Below, piece by piece: positions 38,036-51,512 of a stretch of DNA of 64,000 nt (the stretch's first letter is position 1; every line of letters starts with the position of its first letter). The translations under genes and the position numbers were made by a program. The DNA is from Aplysia californica (Eukaryota): positions 1,418,259 through 1,482,258 of the forward strand of contig NW_004797275.1 in assembly GCF_000002075.1 (NCBI RefSeq). The letters run 5' to 3'. The notes under the pieces are model-generated. The model worked only from the letters and a program-made list of their open reading frames with translations. It ran no database searches and had not been told where the DNA came from.

Positions 38036-41000
38036 CATTTGTAGCACTGTGTGTTCAGTAACCTCACTGCAGTTGTTACGAATGAATTTCTATATCTGTC
38101 TGTTCTTGCTTTTTTGGAAATGTATCGTTTACTGCGGGTCGATAGTTGAAATTCCGATGTCAGTGGGTGGCTATGGTCACTAAGCATTATTTCCGCCTTT
38201 TTTAGAACGTTTGTCTTGTGCAGATATTCAAAGTTACTTAGGTCTCTATCAATTGTTCTTGATGCCTTTTTTATCAACTTATTTAGTTTTATAATGTGCT
38301 GCCTTCCCAGATTGCTACCATAGCAAGTGATTCCAAAATTGATCAAAGTTTCTATTGTGGTGGTGTAGAAAATCTGAAGGATGGATGGATTCAGATTGAA
38401 AGACTTTAGTTTCCTCAGAAAGTACAGCCTCTGATTTACTTTTTTAACGATATTGTTTACGTGGTTTTGCCATGTAAATTTGTTGTCTATTGTAAGGCCA
38501 AGATATTTGTATGAATCCGTGATTTCAATAGTTTCTTGTTCAATTACGAGTGGTGGGATTGTTGGTTTTTCTCTTCTAAAATCAAAAATCATTTCCTTTG
38601 TTTTTGAGAGGTTCACTTTTAGAAAATTTGAGTTGCACCATTTAAAAAACCTACATATTTCTTCGAAATACTCTTGTTCATCATGGTTTATTAATCCAAT
38701 AATAGCGGAGTCATCTGCAAACTTAATTAAGCGTGTTGTTTTATAAATACTTCTATGATCGTTGGTATATATAGTATACAAAACTGGTGACAAAACACAC
38801 CCCTGAGGACCGCCGGTGTTACAAAGAATTGTGTCAGATTTTGTGTTGTTTAGCTTCACATATTGTGGTCTACCTGTCAAAAATTCCAGGACCCATGCTG
38901 CGATATGATGACTAACTCTCAGACTCATAAGTTTTTCAATGACAATATGCGGTTGAATTGTATTAAATGCTGAGGAAAAATCTACAAAAAGTACCCTCGT
39001 ATACGTTTTAGATGTTTCAAGGTGTTTCAGTATAGAGTCACAAAAAACAAGTACAGCATCTTCTACGTTCCTCTCTTGTTTGTATGCAAACTGGAATGGA
39101 TCTAGATTTCCATGAACACGGCCTAGAATATTAGAGAGGATCAATTTTTCAAGGCACTTGAAAGCAATGGATGTAAGAGCGACTGGTCTTAAGTCATTTA
39201 ATTCATATATTTTAGGCTTTTTTGGTATTGGTATTACCTCCGATGTTTTCCATATTGTAGGAATGTAGTTTTTGTGTAGGGTCAGGTTAAAAATGAAGGT
39301 AAATATCGGGGCCAGTTGCTCACAACAAGTTCTTAACACTCTCCCTTTTACTCCGTCTGGACCACAGGCTTTGTTTATGTTTACACTTTGAAATTTCTTT
39401 TTAACACTCCGCTCACTGAGCTCAACACACTCCTCCCCGCTCAACTCGTCTCTCAGGCTCTGTTTAAGATCACGCTGCTCATTCTCAAAATCAAAACAGT
39501 CGAAACGACAATAAAAGTTGTTTAGCTCATTTACATAGTCTCTTTCATTTTTTACTTGCACACTCTCTCTCGCTGCAGTATAACCCGTTATTTTTTTCAA
39601 AGATGACCACATATTTCTCATATTATTTGTCTGAAATTCGCTCTCAATTCTAGTTTTGTACGCTTGTTTACAATGAGCAATCTTTCTTTTAATTTTTTTA
39701 GATATCAAGTACATTTCATTCATGTTATTACTTCTAAAGGCTTTCCATTTTTCTTTTATAAGATCTTTCAGTTCTTTCGTTACCCATGGCTTATTATTTG
39801 GCTAGTACGTAAGGGTTTTATAAATAGTAACAGTTTCTTCACAAAACTTAATGTAAGCACAAATGGTTTCGGTAAGTTCGTCAAGGTCCTTGCAGGTGTC
39901 TTTGAACATGTCCCAGTCTGTAGAGTCGAAGCATCCCCGTAGCTGCTCGGTCGTGTCGTCTGTCCATGATGGTATCGTCCTGGTCGTTGGTTTCTTTGTC
40001 TTGAGCAGGGGGCGGTACTTTGGGATCAGAAGGATGTTGTTGTGATCTGAGTCTCCCAGCGGTGGAAGGGGGAGAGACTTGTAGCCGTCCTTGACGTTGC
40101 CATAACACAGGTCGATGGTCTTTTGTAACCTTGTGGCGCACTATATATATATAGTTTAACCTGCCTCTTATAATAAGTGAGCAATTGTCGATTATAGATT
40201 GTGAGCTGTAATGTCTTGTGCACTGTGGGATTTTTCTTCCCACGTGGGGTGCATATATGGTTAGCAGTCAAGGGGTTAAAGAGAGAATGAATCAGGCTCA
40301 TATTAGGTCCACTCATATGTACTGTACCTATACCAGTGAAGTGTGTGTTTAGTGTGCAGAAAGGGTAAGGAGACATACTGTAAGACATGCACTTTGACCC
40401 ACAGGGCTAAAGAGAAGAGAACATAAGAAAAGGGAAGGGAAGGGAAGAGAAGAATAGAATAGGGGAGGGGAGGGGAGGGGAAGGAAGAGAAGAGAACGGA
40501 AGGGAAGGAAAGAGAAGAGAAGAATAGAATAGAGAAAAGAGGAGGGGAGGGGAGAGGAGGAGGGGGGAGGGAAGGGAAGGGAAGAGAAAAGAACGGAAGG
40601 GAAGGGAAGAGAAGAGAAGAATAGAATAGAGAAACGGAGGGAAGGGAAGGGAAGAATAGGATAGAGAAGAGGAGAGGAGGGGAGGGGAGGGGAGGGACAG
40701 GAAGGGAAGGGAAGAGAAGAGAAGAGAAGAATAAAATAGAGAAGAGGAGAGGTGAGGAGAAGAATAGAATAGAGAAGAGGGGAAGTGAGGGGAGAGAAGG
40801 GAAGGGAAAGGCAGAGAAGAGGAGAGGAGAGGAGAGAAAAGTAGAGAAGAGATGTGAAAAGAAGAGACAGTGAAATGGATTTTCTTTTTGTAATTTGTAG
40901 ATCTATTGAGCTGGAGAGAGAAAAAACAGGCAGGAACAAGAGCTCCGAACTGCTAGGTGAGCATACACAGGAGATATCTAATGGAAAAATTAGTTTATCA

Positions 41001-42618
41001 CGAGCGGATGAGGGACTAGCTGTGATGAAAAAAAAAAAGAATGGAAAAAAAGCAGAATATCAAACAAATAATAAACCAACACAAACCCTCCTTACTGGGG
41101 TCACCATTGCCCACAACCACCGGCTCTGAGTAGATCCCCTGGTTGTTCACGTAGATGACCGATGACGCCCCTTTGCTCTTGTAGCTAGGGGGCGCCATGA
41201 TCACCGAGCCAGCGTAGTAGGTGTCGCGGTCATCCTCAAGGTAGATCCCCTCCACGCCCATGTTCACCAACTGCCTCACCTTTGGCGGGGAAAACAAAAG
41301 TGCGTCTCGAAATCAACTCAATAACAGTATTTTGTTTGAAGTCAAGTATGCATACAGAAAAATCGGTGGGACACGGAAAAATCTTTCAACTTGTCTTAAA
41401 TACAAAAAATGTAGTAATAGTATGAGAAAACATTTCGGGACCAGAAAATCTGTTCTCTATGTGTGTTTTTCGTTATGTCCATATTTGCTATGCTCATGCT
41501 AGACTGTCCATCTCATTTCCGACTTTAAACCCTTAAAGCTTTGGTCGCCTAAGCCTACAGAACTCATCTCATCTTATTTTGTCCTATCCCATCTTATCTT
41601 CAATATCTTACATTAACTCATCTTATTTTAAATATCTGTCATCATGTCATCTTATTTTGTCCCATCCCATCTTATCATAAATATCTTACATCATCTCTAC
41701 TTATATCACAGTCTACCTTTGGCAGGAACATTGCAAAGAGAATGAGCGTGGCTGTCAAAAAGAGTCCAAAAGCGATGCAAGCGTCACCATACTCCTGAGC
41801 GTAATCCTGGTCCTTGTTCAAACCTCCAACCAAGCCCCAAGCCAGCCAGATGGGGATACTGTAGAGAAACGATAATAGTGTGATGTAATTCTCATGGCTG
41901 TTAACTTTTAAAAAGATGGGGATACTGTAGAGAAACGATAATAGTGTGATGTAATTCTCATGGCTGTTAACTTTTAAAAAGATGGGGATACTGTAGAGAA
42001 ACGATAATAGTGTGATGAAATTCTCATAGCTGCTAACTTTTTAAAACCTTTGTGGTGGGCACAGGCCAAGAGCCTGAGCCCCCCTATTCAAAGCAGACAA
42101 TATTGTAAGAAATGTTAAAATGGGTAAGACTCCCATGGACATATATATGGCTTCGCTTTTATTATTTTTCATGAATTCAGTCTTCAAAGTTCATATTTTT
42201 TCTTCACCGTTGGCAAGTCTATGATGAGTTACAATAGAAAACAGAGAATACAAATTTTTCATGGGTGGTTGGCGGGTGCTCTGGTGTGGTTTGCTCCTTC
42301 TTTACTATCAAACAACCATCATCTTTATCTCTCCTTCTTCTTTTTTATGTTTGTTACTCTCTTGTAACACCTCTAATCTTCGGCACTTATGTGACCTTAT
42401 TGTGTTGCAAGTGCCGTAAAAACTCTTTTTAAAAAATAATTTAAAAAATAAAAATTTACAAATACGGACTCAACCATGTAAGTTGCTCAACATGAGATGG
42501 ATTTTAATTTTTTTAAGGATACTTCAACGGAAAGTATCAATCCTCACGATTTCTTCTTTGATGTGAATCCGATACATAAAAGGAAAGAGGTGACTTTTAT
42601 GTACACTTTCTTTTTCCC

Positions 42619-42665
<47 letters not shown>

Positions 42666-45600
42666 CTTGTCATGAGCGTCTAAATATGCAAGAAAGTCAC
42701 AGCCAAGGGATGATGACCTTTCTGATCACGTAGGCCTATTTGAATGTTCATGAACGCGAAAATAATATACAGTCCAAACCAACGTGCAATTATAGAGTTG
42801 AAATGAAATGGGAAGAAATAGATTGATACCATTGTCACAAATTGGTTTGGTGATGGATGATTTTAGATTCTAGAATATAACAGAAACAATGTCTTGCTAT
42901 CATAAAAAAAGATTTTGTCACAATGAATAACAGCAAAAAGGGAAAGTAATTTAAGAATCCCTCCTCTCCCTCCACTCACCCACACAATCCGTTCCCCTTC
43001 CCCCTCCTTTTCCAGTACAGTTGAAAGAATCTCCTCTCAGCACTTAATGAACTAAAGCACTTTGGCAAAAAGCTGACCTGAATCCTGCGGCAATCCCAAT
43101 AAAGACGCTCTCCCGGTGGTTGGTGATGATGCCGTGAGCATTCAGGGACAGGATGGTGGTGATGAGGATCATGAGCATGATGTAAATCAGTGACATGAGG
43201 TGATTCTCGAAGTTGGTGCGGACAAAATCAGCCATAGAGTCCATGCCCTTGTCGGCTTCCCATGTGTAGTGGTTGCAGACCCAGACACGAGAGCCGTCGT
43301 TGGCGGTCACTTGCACAGCCTCGGGGGGTACGGTGATCAGCCATTGGACGTCTATCACGATCTGAGGACGACACAGGGAGGAAGTGAGGACAGGTCAGAG
43401 ATCATTTCAAGACAAGTTGGAGCTGTGACCTCTATACTTTGGAAGCAGATACAAACAACAGAAATGCTGAAAAAGATATAGACAAACGGAACAGATTTCA
43501 CCAGTGTGAGTGTTTGCAAAGTGAAAAGGACATAGACTCAATGAGAGAAATTTAAAGCAGAGAAGAAGGAAGATAAACAGATAGAACACAATAAAGGGAG
43601 AGAAAGGAAGCAGGAACCACAAGTGGTGCCCTCCAACCACCCGCAAATCTCACCAAAGCACCTTCCAAACACTCCAGTCACAAAGAGGAGCTTTGGTTGT
43701 CAATCTGTAAGAACACATTGGAGCACAGTGCTGTAAAGTAGTTCAGTAGAAACAAGAGTACAATTCCTATTAAAAGAACATTTTTCACTGAGTTAAGCTT
43801 TAGTCTTAATGTGAGTTTTTGCTTGTTTTAGCGCTCACAACTGCATAAGGTCATATGAGCACCAAGGGGTGGATGTCAACAGAGAAGTCCTTACAGGGAA
43901 TCAGGCTTACTCTGCTCACCTCTCTAGCTTCAACAGCATAAAGTCTGCTTCAACTATTAAGGCACCCCGGAAATAGTGGGTTACAAGAGAGTGACAAACA
44001 TACAAAATAAGTAGAGGAAAATTGACGATATTACGGATAAGGAAAGAAAAAGCAACAGTTCCCTGTTGCAATTCCGGCACAGTTATGAGCATGACATCGA
44101 TGAATCAGCCCATTTACTATTTTACTGTGCAACAGAACATGGTAATGTCCCCCCTTTGAGAAAAGCATAAAGACATTTCAGTCAGTAGCACCACCCTGGG
44201 GGGTTAGTAAGAGTTTTATAACATTTGCAACACAATTAGATCATGTAAGTGCTGAAGATTAGAGGTGTAAAGAAGAGAGTAACAAACACAAAAAAGCAGG
44301 AAGAGAGATAGAGAATATAGATACAATTTGACAGGAAATAAAGAGCAAACCACACCAGAACACCCGCTGATTGAGTTTCTCTGTCTTTCTAAACAAACAT
44401 GTTTCAAGTCCGGATACGGCCCTCGCAGGACATAACAAACCAGCCCACCTCTTAAAATAACCTGCACTGAGCCAACAGAACAGCGATGGAGTAAAACATT
44501 TGAAAACTACAACAGAAAAACAATTATATTCACAAACTCAAAGAACTGAATTAATTGCCTTTAACATGTGCAATTTTTCCATAGTTGACTCTCATAACTG
44601 TCATATATAGAACGATAAGCTCAGTACTGGGTAAGGGACCTTCAACAGAAGGGAACAAACAATGATATTCACTTCCGAACACAGCTAATATCTCTAAACT
44701 ATCACCAAAACAGGATCAACCCAGACAAACCACCAATATGCTTACTTCGTGACCATGTCTTGCTTGTTTTAGTAAGCGTTTTACAGCACTTGCAACACAA
44801 TTAAGTAAAAAAAGTGTCAAAGATTAGAGGCATTACAAGTGAGTAACAAACACAAAAAGGAGGACAGATAAGGACGACAGATATTTAATAGGAAAGAAGG
44901 AGCAAACCACACCAGAGCACCTGCCAACCACCCACTTACCATCTACGAAACAGTCCCAACACCTGCTCGTCAAATCTCCCAAGCTACAGAATCTCTTTTA
45001 TTTTTTCGGTAAGTGTTTTACGGTGTTCAAAACTGCATAAGGTCAGATGGCCGTGCAGGACACATTAAACATTTCCAGTGGGTTGGAAATTTTTAATTTT
45101 GCCCAGGAGGCGGCCAAAGTCTATTGTTATCGATTTTGGACCACCAAGGGATCTTTAACGTGCGCAACTTGCACACAAGATCTCAGAGATTTTTTGCCTT
45201 TATCTGAGAAGGCTAGGTGTAGATCTTACCTACTATAAGATCAGGGGTGCGGCTGAAAGACAGCAATAAAAATGAGAAAAGGAGTAGCAATAGAAAAGCT
45301 GCAGAAAGAGTCAGGAGCCCAGAAGAGCGGGTAAAGGAGGTGAGGGGGTGGGGGCAGAAAGTGGAGACAAAAGCAGACGACAGAACATTGTTAGAGAGCA
45401 GGAAAGGAGGAGAAAGGAGACAATTTTAGAGAAGAAAATTTTAGGTCGCTATCCGGATTTGAACCTGGGACTTATTGAATGAGAGGCAAACAGCATTAAC
45501 CTCTCGACCACACAGGACCTCGGACAGCAACTTCTTCCTCCTAGTCCTGCCATAGACAATGCCCTACACTGCAGCACAGCAAAAAAAAAGTTTCTGAAGA

Positions 45601-48600
45601 CCTCCAACTTTTTTAACATGGCATTGGGCCAAAGTACAAAATTTCAAAGTGGGTGGTTGGCAGGTGTTCTGGTGTGGTTTGCTCCTCCTTTCCTATGAAA
45701 CATCTATCATTCACATCTCTCTTCTCCTTTTTTTGTTTTTATTACTGTCTTGCAACACTTTTAAACTTCAGTATTTATACGACCTAATCGTGTTGCAAGT
45801 GCTGTAAAACATTTATTTAAAAATTAATCTCAAAGTCTACTGGATTAACAACAACAAATCAGAAAAGGGATTTTTTTAAAAAGACAATGGAAAACATTTG
45901 ATTTCAGTTGTGCTTACCTGCACACCGACAGCAAAGACGAACATAAGGAATTGGTAAATTCCCTTCAGGTAGTTGGGTGATTCATCTCCAGGAAGCAGGA
46001 CGTCGGACGACTTAGAAGTCAAGATGACCATTAACTTTACCAGCAAAACAGCGAAGCAGATAGCATAGGACACTCCAACACCAAATCGGGTGATACCGCA
46101 TGTTGCCTGAAATTTTTAAAAATAATAACAAACACTTATTCTTTTTGTTCTTGTAATCGCAAAATGCCCCACAAGATATACATAAAGCATGCTGAAAAAG
46201 CTAGCCAACTTTCATCCTCTGGAGAAATGCAAATCAATAGATGNNNNNNNNNNNNNNNNNNNNNNNNNNNNNNNNNNNNNNNNNNNNNNNNNNNNNNNNN
46301 NNNNNNNNNNNNNNNNNNNNNNNNNNNNNNNNNNNNNNNNNNNNNNNNNNNNNNNNNNNNNNNNNNNNNNNNNNNNNNNNNNNNNNNNNNNNNNNNNNNN
46401 NNNNNNNNNNNNNNNNNNNNNNNNNNNNNNNNNNNNNNNNNNNNNNNNNNNNNNNNNNNNNATGCTACAATAAATACTGCGTACATCTTTGCAATGAAGT
46501 CAGTAATGAGTATTTTAGCTGAATCTGAATAAAGAGAGGCACATCGACTTAATAACAGTAAATAAGTGCTGGGAAAGGGCATGACAGATAAACAGAAAGA
46601 AAAGGGGAAAAGTATTAAAGCAGGACCTACCAGAAGCCCCCTCCAACTACCTGGACATGAATGTGGATTGAGGAAACGACTGCCAAAAAGCATCACAGAG
46701 CAATATCAGATCAGTAACCAAATAACACACATCCCAAACCAGACTAACTTATGTCAACAATGTATGTGTCACGACGCGATGGAATCAGGCGCTTGTCAAT
46801 TTTTGAGCATGTAGAGTTATTGGTATCGTCTTAAAACTTGTTCATTTGTCTTGTTTTAGATGATAAAAATCCTCTTCTATCTTGAATTAAAGTCAAGATA
46901 TAAATTTGGTAACTTCCAAACATTGAGAGTCTTTAGTAACAGCAAATTTACATTTTTTTGGGTGCCTTTAACCAAAGTTTTTTCAATAACGTTCTCACAG
47001 AAATGTGTCTATAAATGGACGTACAAGGACATGAGCCTAAAAACAGAAAAATCCATTAAAATTTCCAAACTAACAGAAAAATGCCTGTTTCTATGATTTC
47101 ATTATTGCGACAAACGCCTGATTTCACCACGGTGCCTCACATATACAGTATTTACCTTTGTGGGGACGAAAATGTACGCAAAGAGGACCAAATAAGCCAA
47201 GAAGATTCCAAAGAGGAGCAGCTGCCCCAGCCACATGGTGCGCCACTTGTGCCCCATGCGAGTCCCAAGCAGCTTGTACAAGATGTAGATCTCGAAGATG
47301 ATCACAGCGAGGATACCCACGCCAGCCAAGACGCCAAGAGCGATGACCCAACGGTGGCCTTGGTCGAAGCGGGTGCCGTATTCTTCCCGGTAGCTTTCGT
47401 GGTCGGCGGCCGGGTAGGCGCCGGTGATGGCTTGACCCAGGCGGTACTGCACAGTGCTGAAAGGCAATGGAGGGATAGCTTGATGGGGATTTGCAGACCC
47501 TCAAGACAGACACCCATGAATCTTCATCTCCTCCTCCATTTACATCTTTTCTTTTTCTTTCCCTCCTCCCTGACCTGCTCCTCCCCCTCTTCAATTTCCT
47601 TCTTCTTATCAGTTATTATTTGCACTTTTAATAATAATCTTATTTTAATATTATTATGATCACAATAATTATTATTTTCACAACTATCATTATAGATGCC
47701 TAAACAGTCCCCTATGATAAATAATAATAACAATAATGATGATGATGTTGTTTAAAATAATAATTGAATTTGTACAGCACGTATATGCTCTAGAGCATGC
47801 TCTGCTCTCTGCACTTTATAATTACAATACATATAACTTGATAAAATACATGACTGCAATATGACTATGAGCGATTCATAAACGATGAGCAGAGCAAGGC
47901 CATCTTTATCCAAAATCTGTCGCAAAGAACATGAAAAAGAGAATTTATATTAAATGATGCTTTGCAAATAAAGAAATGACCCAAATAGATACTTCAAAAT
48001 AGGAAATCAGCTGGAGTCCAATATTTTTTAAAATAATGCCAATGGTTTTCAAACATGCATTGTCTTTTGTCTTTATTTTTTTGCGCATAATTAAGTGGGT
48101 GTCTTCATCAAAGCTTGGTTGTGAAAGCCAAACCAATAAGACACTTGAATCAACAACAAAAAAAAGGTGTCAGTACCTAACACTAAAGGGGCTAGCTTAT
48201 TAAATAGACATGAGGGGTGCTGACAAAACTATTTGTTTCTAGCAAATCAGCCGAAAAAGGACACTGCGGTCAAATTTATAGATTTTTTTAATTTATGCCA
48301 TTTTCTTCAAGTTTAACATGTCTTATATTATTACATACTGAAAAATTGTACAAACTTCACCCATAAATTTGTTGTATATCTATAAATTCCATAGGGCTGG
48401 AATCCAAGAAGTAACTCATTTTGTCAGCATGTCTCATATTTCTCCTTTTCTCATTATAATTTTAGAGGGCTACTATACTGCAGAGGCCTTCACATCATTA
48501 CCTGTACTTAGGAGGCTCCTCACTGGTGGGTTCTGAGGTGGCACCAACGGTGGGTGGAGACGTCGGGGGTGCCATGGTGGTTGGAGGCTCACAACATTCC

Positions 48601-51446
48601 CCAGCATTGGGGCACTCAGAGGGGTTAAAACCTGATCCAAAATCGTTTTCCAGGTCAACTGTGATGACTGTATTGCCATTAGAAAAAGATCCAATCTGTT
48701 GAGAGAAATAAGGCTCTTATCAAAACAGAGAAACAAGTTCTTACCAGAAATAAAAGAAATGTTCCGGTTCAGAGAAAAAAAGGTCTCTACTGATATGAAA
48801 GGAAGAAAGACTTACGAGTAGTGCAAACAAGTAAAAAAAAAAAATTCTGAACGAAAAGCATTCATACAAAAAGAACACAATACTGTAAAGAAAAAAAACT
48901 GTACAGAAAAAAAAGTACTGATACAAAGGAGAACAAAAAAGACGCAAAATATTACGGCTCAATAAGAAAACAACAACTTGGCTTACTTTTTCAAATGCAG
49001 GAGACCTGCCCTGACGATTCGCGAAGATGTAGTATTCATACTGTGCTTGGTTCGGCCGCAGTTCCCCGGAGGCACTTTCAAATATTGGGAGAGCAGACTT
49101 GATGGATCTGTAGAGGTCGTTCTGCTTATACTTCTCATTGCGTAACTTGTCGCAGAATTGGTAGTTGCTAAAGTTCTGCTGATTGCAGTCCTGCATAGCC
49201 TTATCCATACCCTGGAAGGAAAAAAATCACTGAAGAATCAGAAGAAGGTCGGGAAGGGAGGGAATAATGACTTACTATTTTCAGAGGTTCTAAACATGTT
49301 CCTCTGTGGTGATAAACTAGATCTCTTATCCATTATCTTATTACATTTTTGTCATAGTGGAAATCCTGCAGCAATAATTATAATAAGGTGAAAGGAACGA
49401 CACAGTATGATATGATATGAAACAGGTTTAACATCCCTTTTAACACAGCAAGTTATCAAAGAGATAGAAGTCTAACCATTACAACACAGACCAAGGCGCA
49501 GTAGAGTAGAGAACCAGCTGTTAGCAGCAATTTTCCACGTGCAATTTGTCGCTATTAGAGTTGCTTCTATTGCCCCAAGCTTCAGTGAGTCTCTAAATCC
49601 TTCCACAAGATGGGGGAATATTCATAAAGCCATGGTGGAATATTAGTGAGAACATGGAGGAATGTTTATGAGAACATGAAGGAATGTTTATGAGAACGAG
49701 GTGGAATATTTATGAGAACATGGTGGAATATTTATAATATGAGAACATAGTGAAATATTTATATGAAAACACTGTGGAATGTTCATGAGAACATGAAGGA
49801 ATGTTTATGAGAGCAACACCGAATATGAGAACAGGAAGGAATGTTTATGAGAACATGAAGGAATGTTTACGAGAACATGAAGGAATGTTTACGAGAACAT
49901 GAAGGAATGTTTACGAGAACATGAAGGAATGTTTATGAGAACACGAAGGAATGTTTATGAGAACATGAAGGAAAGTTTATTCTCTTTTTAGCAGAGGTTT
50001 TACGGCGCTCGCAACTGTATACGGTCACATTAGCCCCAAGGGGTGGATGTCAACAGAGAAGTCCTTATAGGGAATCAGACTTACTCTGCTCACATCTCTA
50101 GCTTCAACAGCACAAAGTCTGCTTCGACTATCAAGGCATCCCGGAAAAAGTGGGTCACAAAAGTGTGACAAACATACAAAAGAAGTAGAGGAAAAATGAC
50201 GATAGTAAGGATTAAGAAAGAAAAAGCAGCAGTGATCCCTGTTGCAGTTCAAGCACAGTTATGAGCATGACATCGATGAATCAGCCCATTTACAATTTAC
50301 GATTCTACTGTGTATAAGAACAGGTTAATGTCCCCCCTTTGGGAATGGCATAAAGAGACTTTAGTCAGTAGCACCGCCCGGGGGGGGGGGGGGGGGGGGG
50401 GATTGGAATGTTTATAATACATGGAGGAATATTCAAGAGAACAAAGTGGAATATTCATGACAATATAGTGGAATGTTTATGAGAACATAGTGGAATATTT
50501 ATGAGAACATAGTGGAATATTTATGACAATGTAGTGGACTGTTTATGAGAACATAGTGGAATGTTTATGACAATGTAGTGGAATGTTTATGAGAACATGG
50601 AGGAATGTTTATGAGTACAGTGGAATACTTATGGGAAGAAAAAGACAGGAGTCGTTATGCTGCTCTGGCCTTTGCTCTAAAGCCTGTGATAATGGACATA
50701 AAATAGAAATAAACAAAATTTTTTGCACAGAATTTAAATCGAATATGGTAATGTGCCCTGTTTCCTTTGAAAATAAATATTGTAATCTCTGTCCACTGTT
50801 TAAAGTAAAAAACAAAACAACAAAATGATTTCAAGGGTCACTGGTTTCATGACACCACATGTAGGGATCAGACTACTAACCTTCATCACCAACTCCACAG
50901 ACATGATAGTTCGAAGTGCAGACATCACTATAGGAGACGGCGTATTGTCATCAATTTTAGGTATTCTGTTGACAAAATCAGAAATTTAAGTACGAGTTTT
51001 ACAGCACTTGCAACACACAATAACGTCATGAAACTGCCGAAGATTGGAGGTGTAACAAGAGAGTAAAAAGTTGTTCCCGCATCCGATCCGGACACTGGGG
51101 ATTGCCTTGTTAGTGAGACAAATTCCTGGGCCTTCGAGTTTACTTCCCTAACAAGAGAGTAACAAACACAAAAAAAGGAGGAGGAGAGATAAGGACGATA
51201 GATGTTTGACAGGAAAGAAGAAGGAAACCACACCAAAGCACCCGAAAACCACCCAAATCAGAGAGCATAGGTGACTTATTTAGAGCGGGTCTACGCAACA
51301 GCAGCTCCATTTTGAAAGGAAGCAGATGAGAAAAATGAAAACATACCAATAAAAAAAAAAGTAGAAAAAACAGATCACACAAGAACATCCACCACCACCT
51401 TGCACAAAATTACTGTGTACGTTAAATCCAATAACCTCAATAGAGG

Positions 51447-51512
<66 letters not shown>

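Noticed and set aside
38035-39723. RT as a domesticated gene or a retron/DGR-like system
   Set aside because: Contiguous with a disabled, truncated endonuclease region and a LINE 3' tail; an ordinary retrotransposon copy
40349-40939. 196-aa Leu/Ser/Pro/Phe-rich ORF
   Set aside because: Translation of a polypyrimidine simple repeat
41016-41095. Hydrophobic extension after exon 14 as an eighth TM helix
   Set aside because: T-rich intron translated past a consensus gtaag donor
47081-47659. 192-aa + strand ORF (likewise 43200-43481 and 55090-55380)
   Set aside because: Antisense shadows of GC3-rich GPCR exons
49640-50630. Regular repeats as a possible CRISPR array
   Set aside because: Contiguous 22-bp units with no unique spacers; eukaryotic intron
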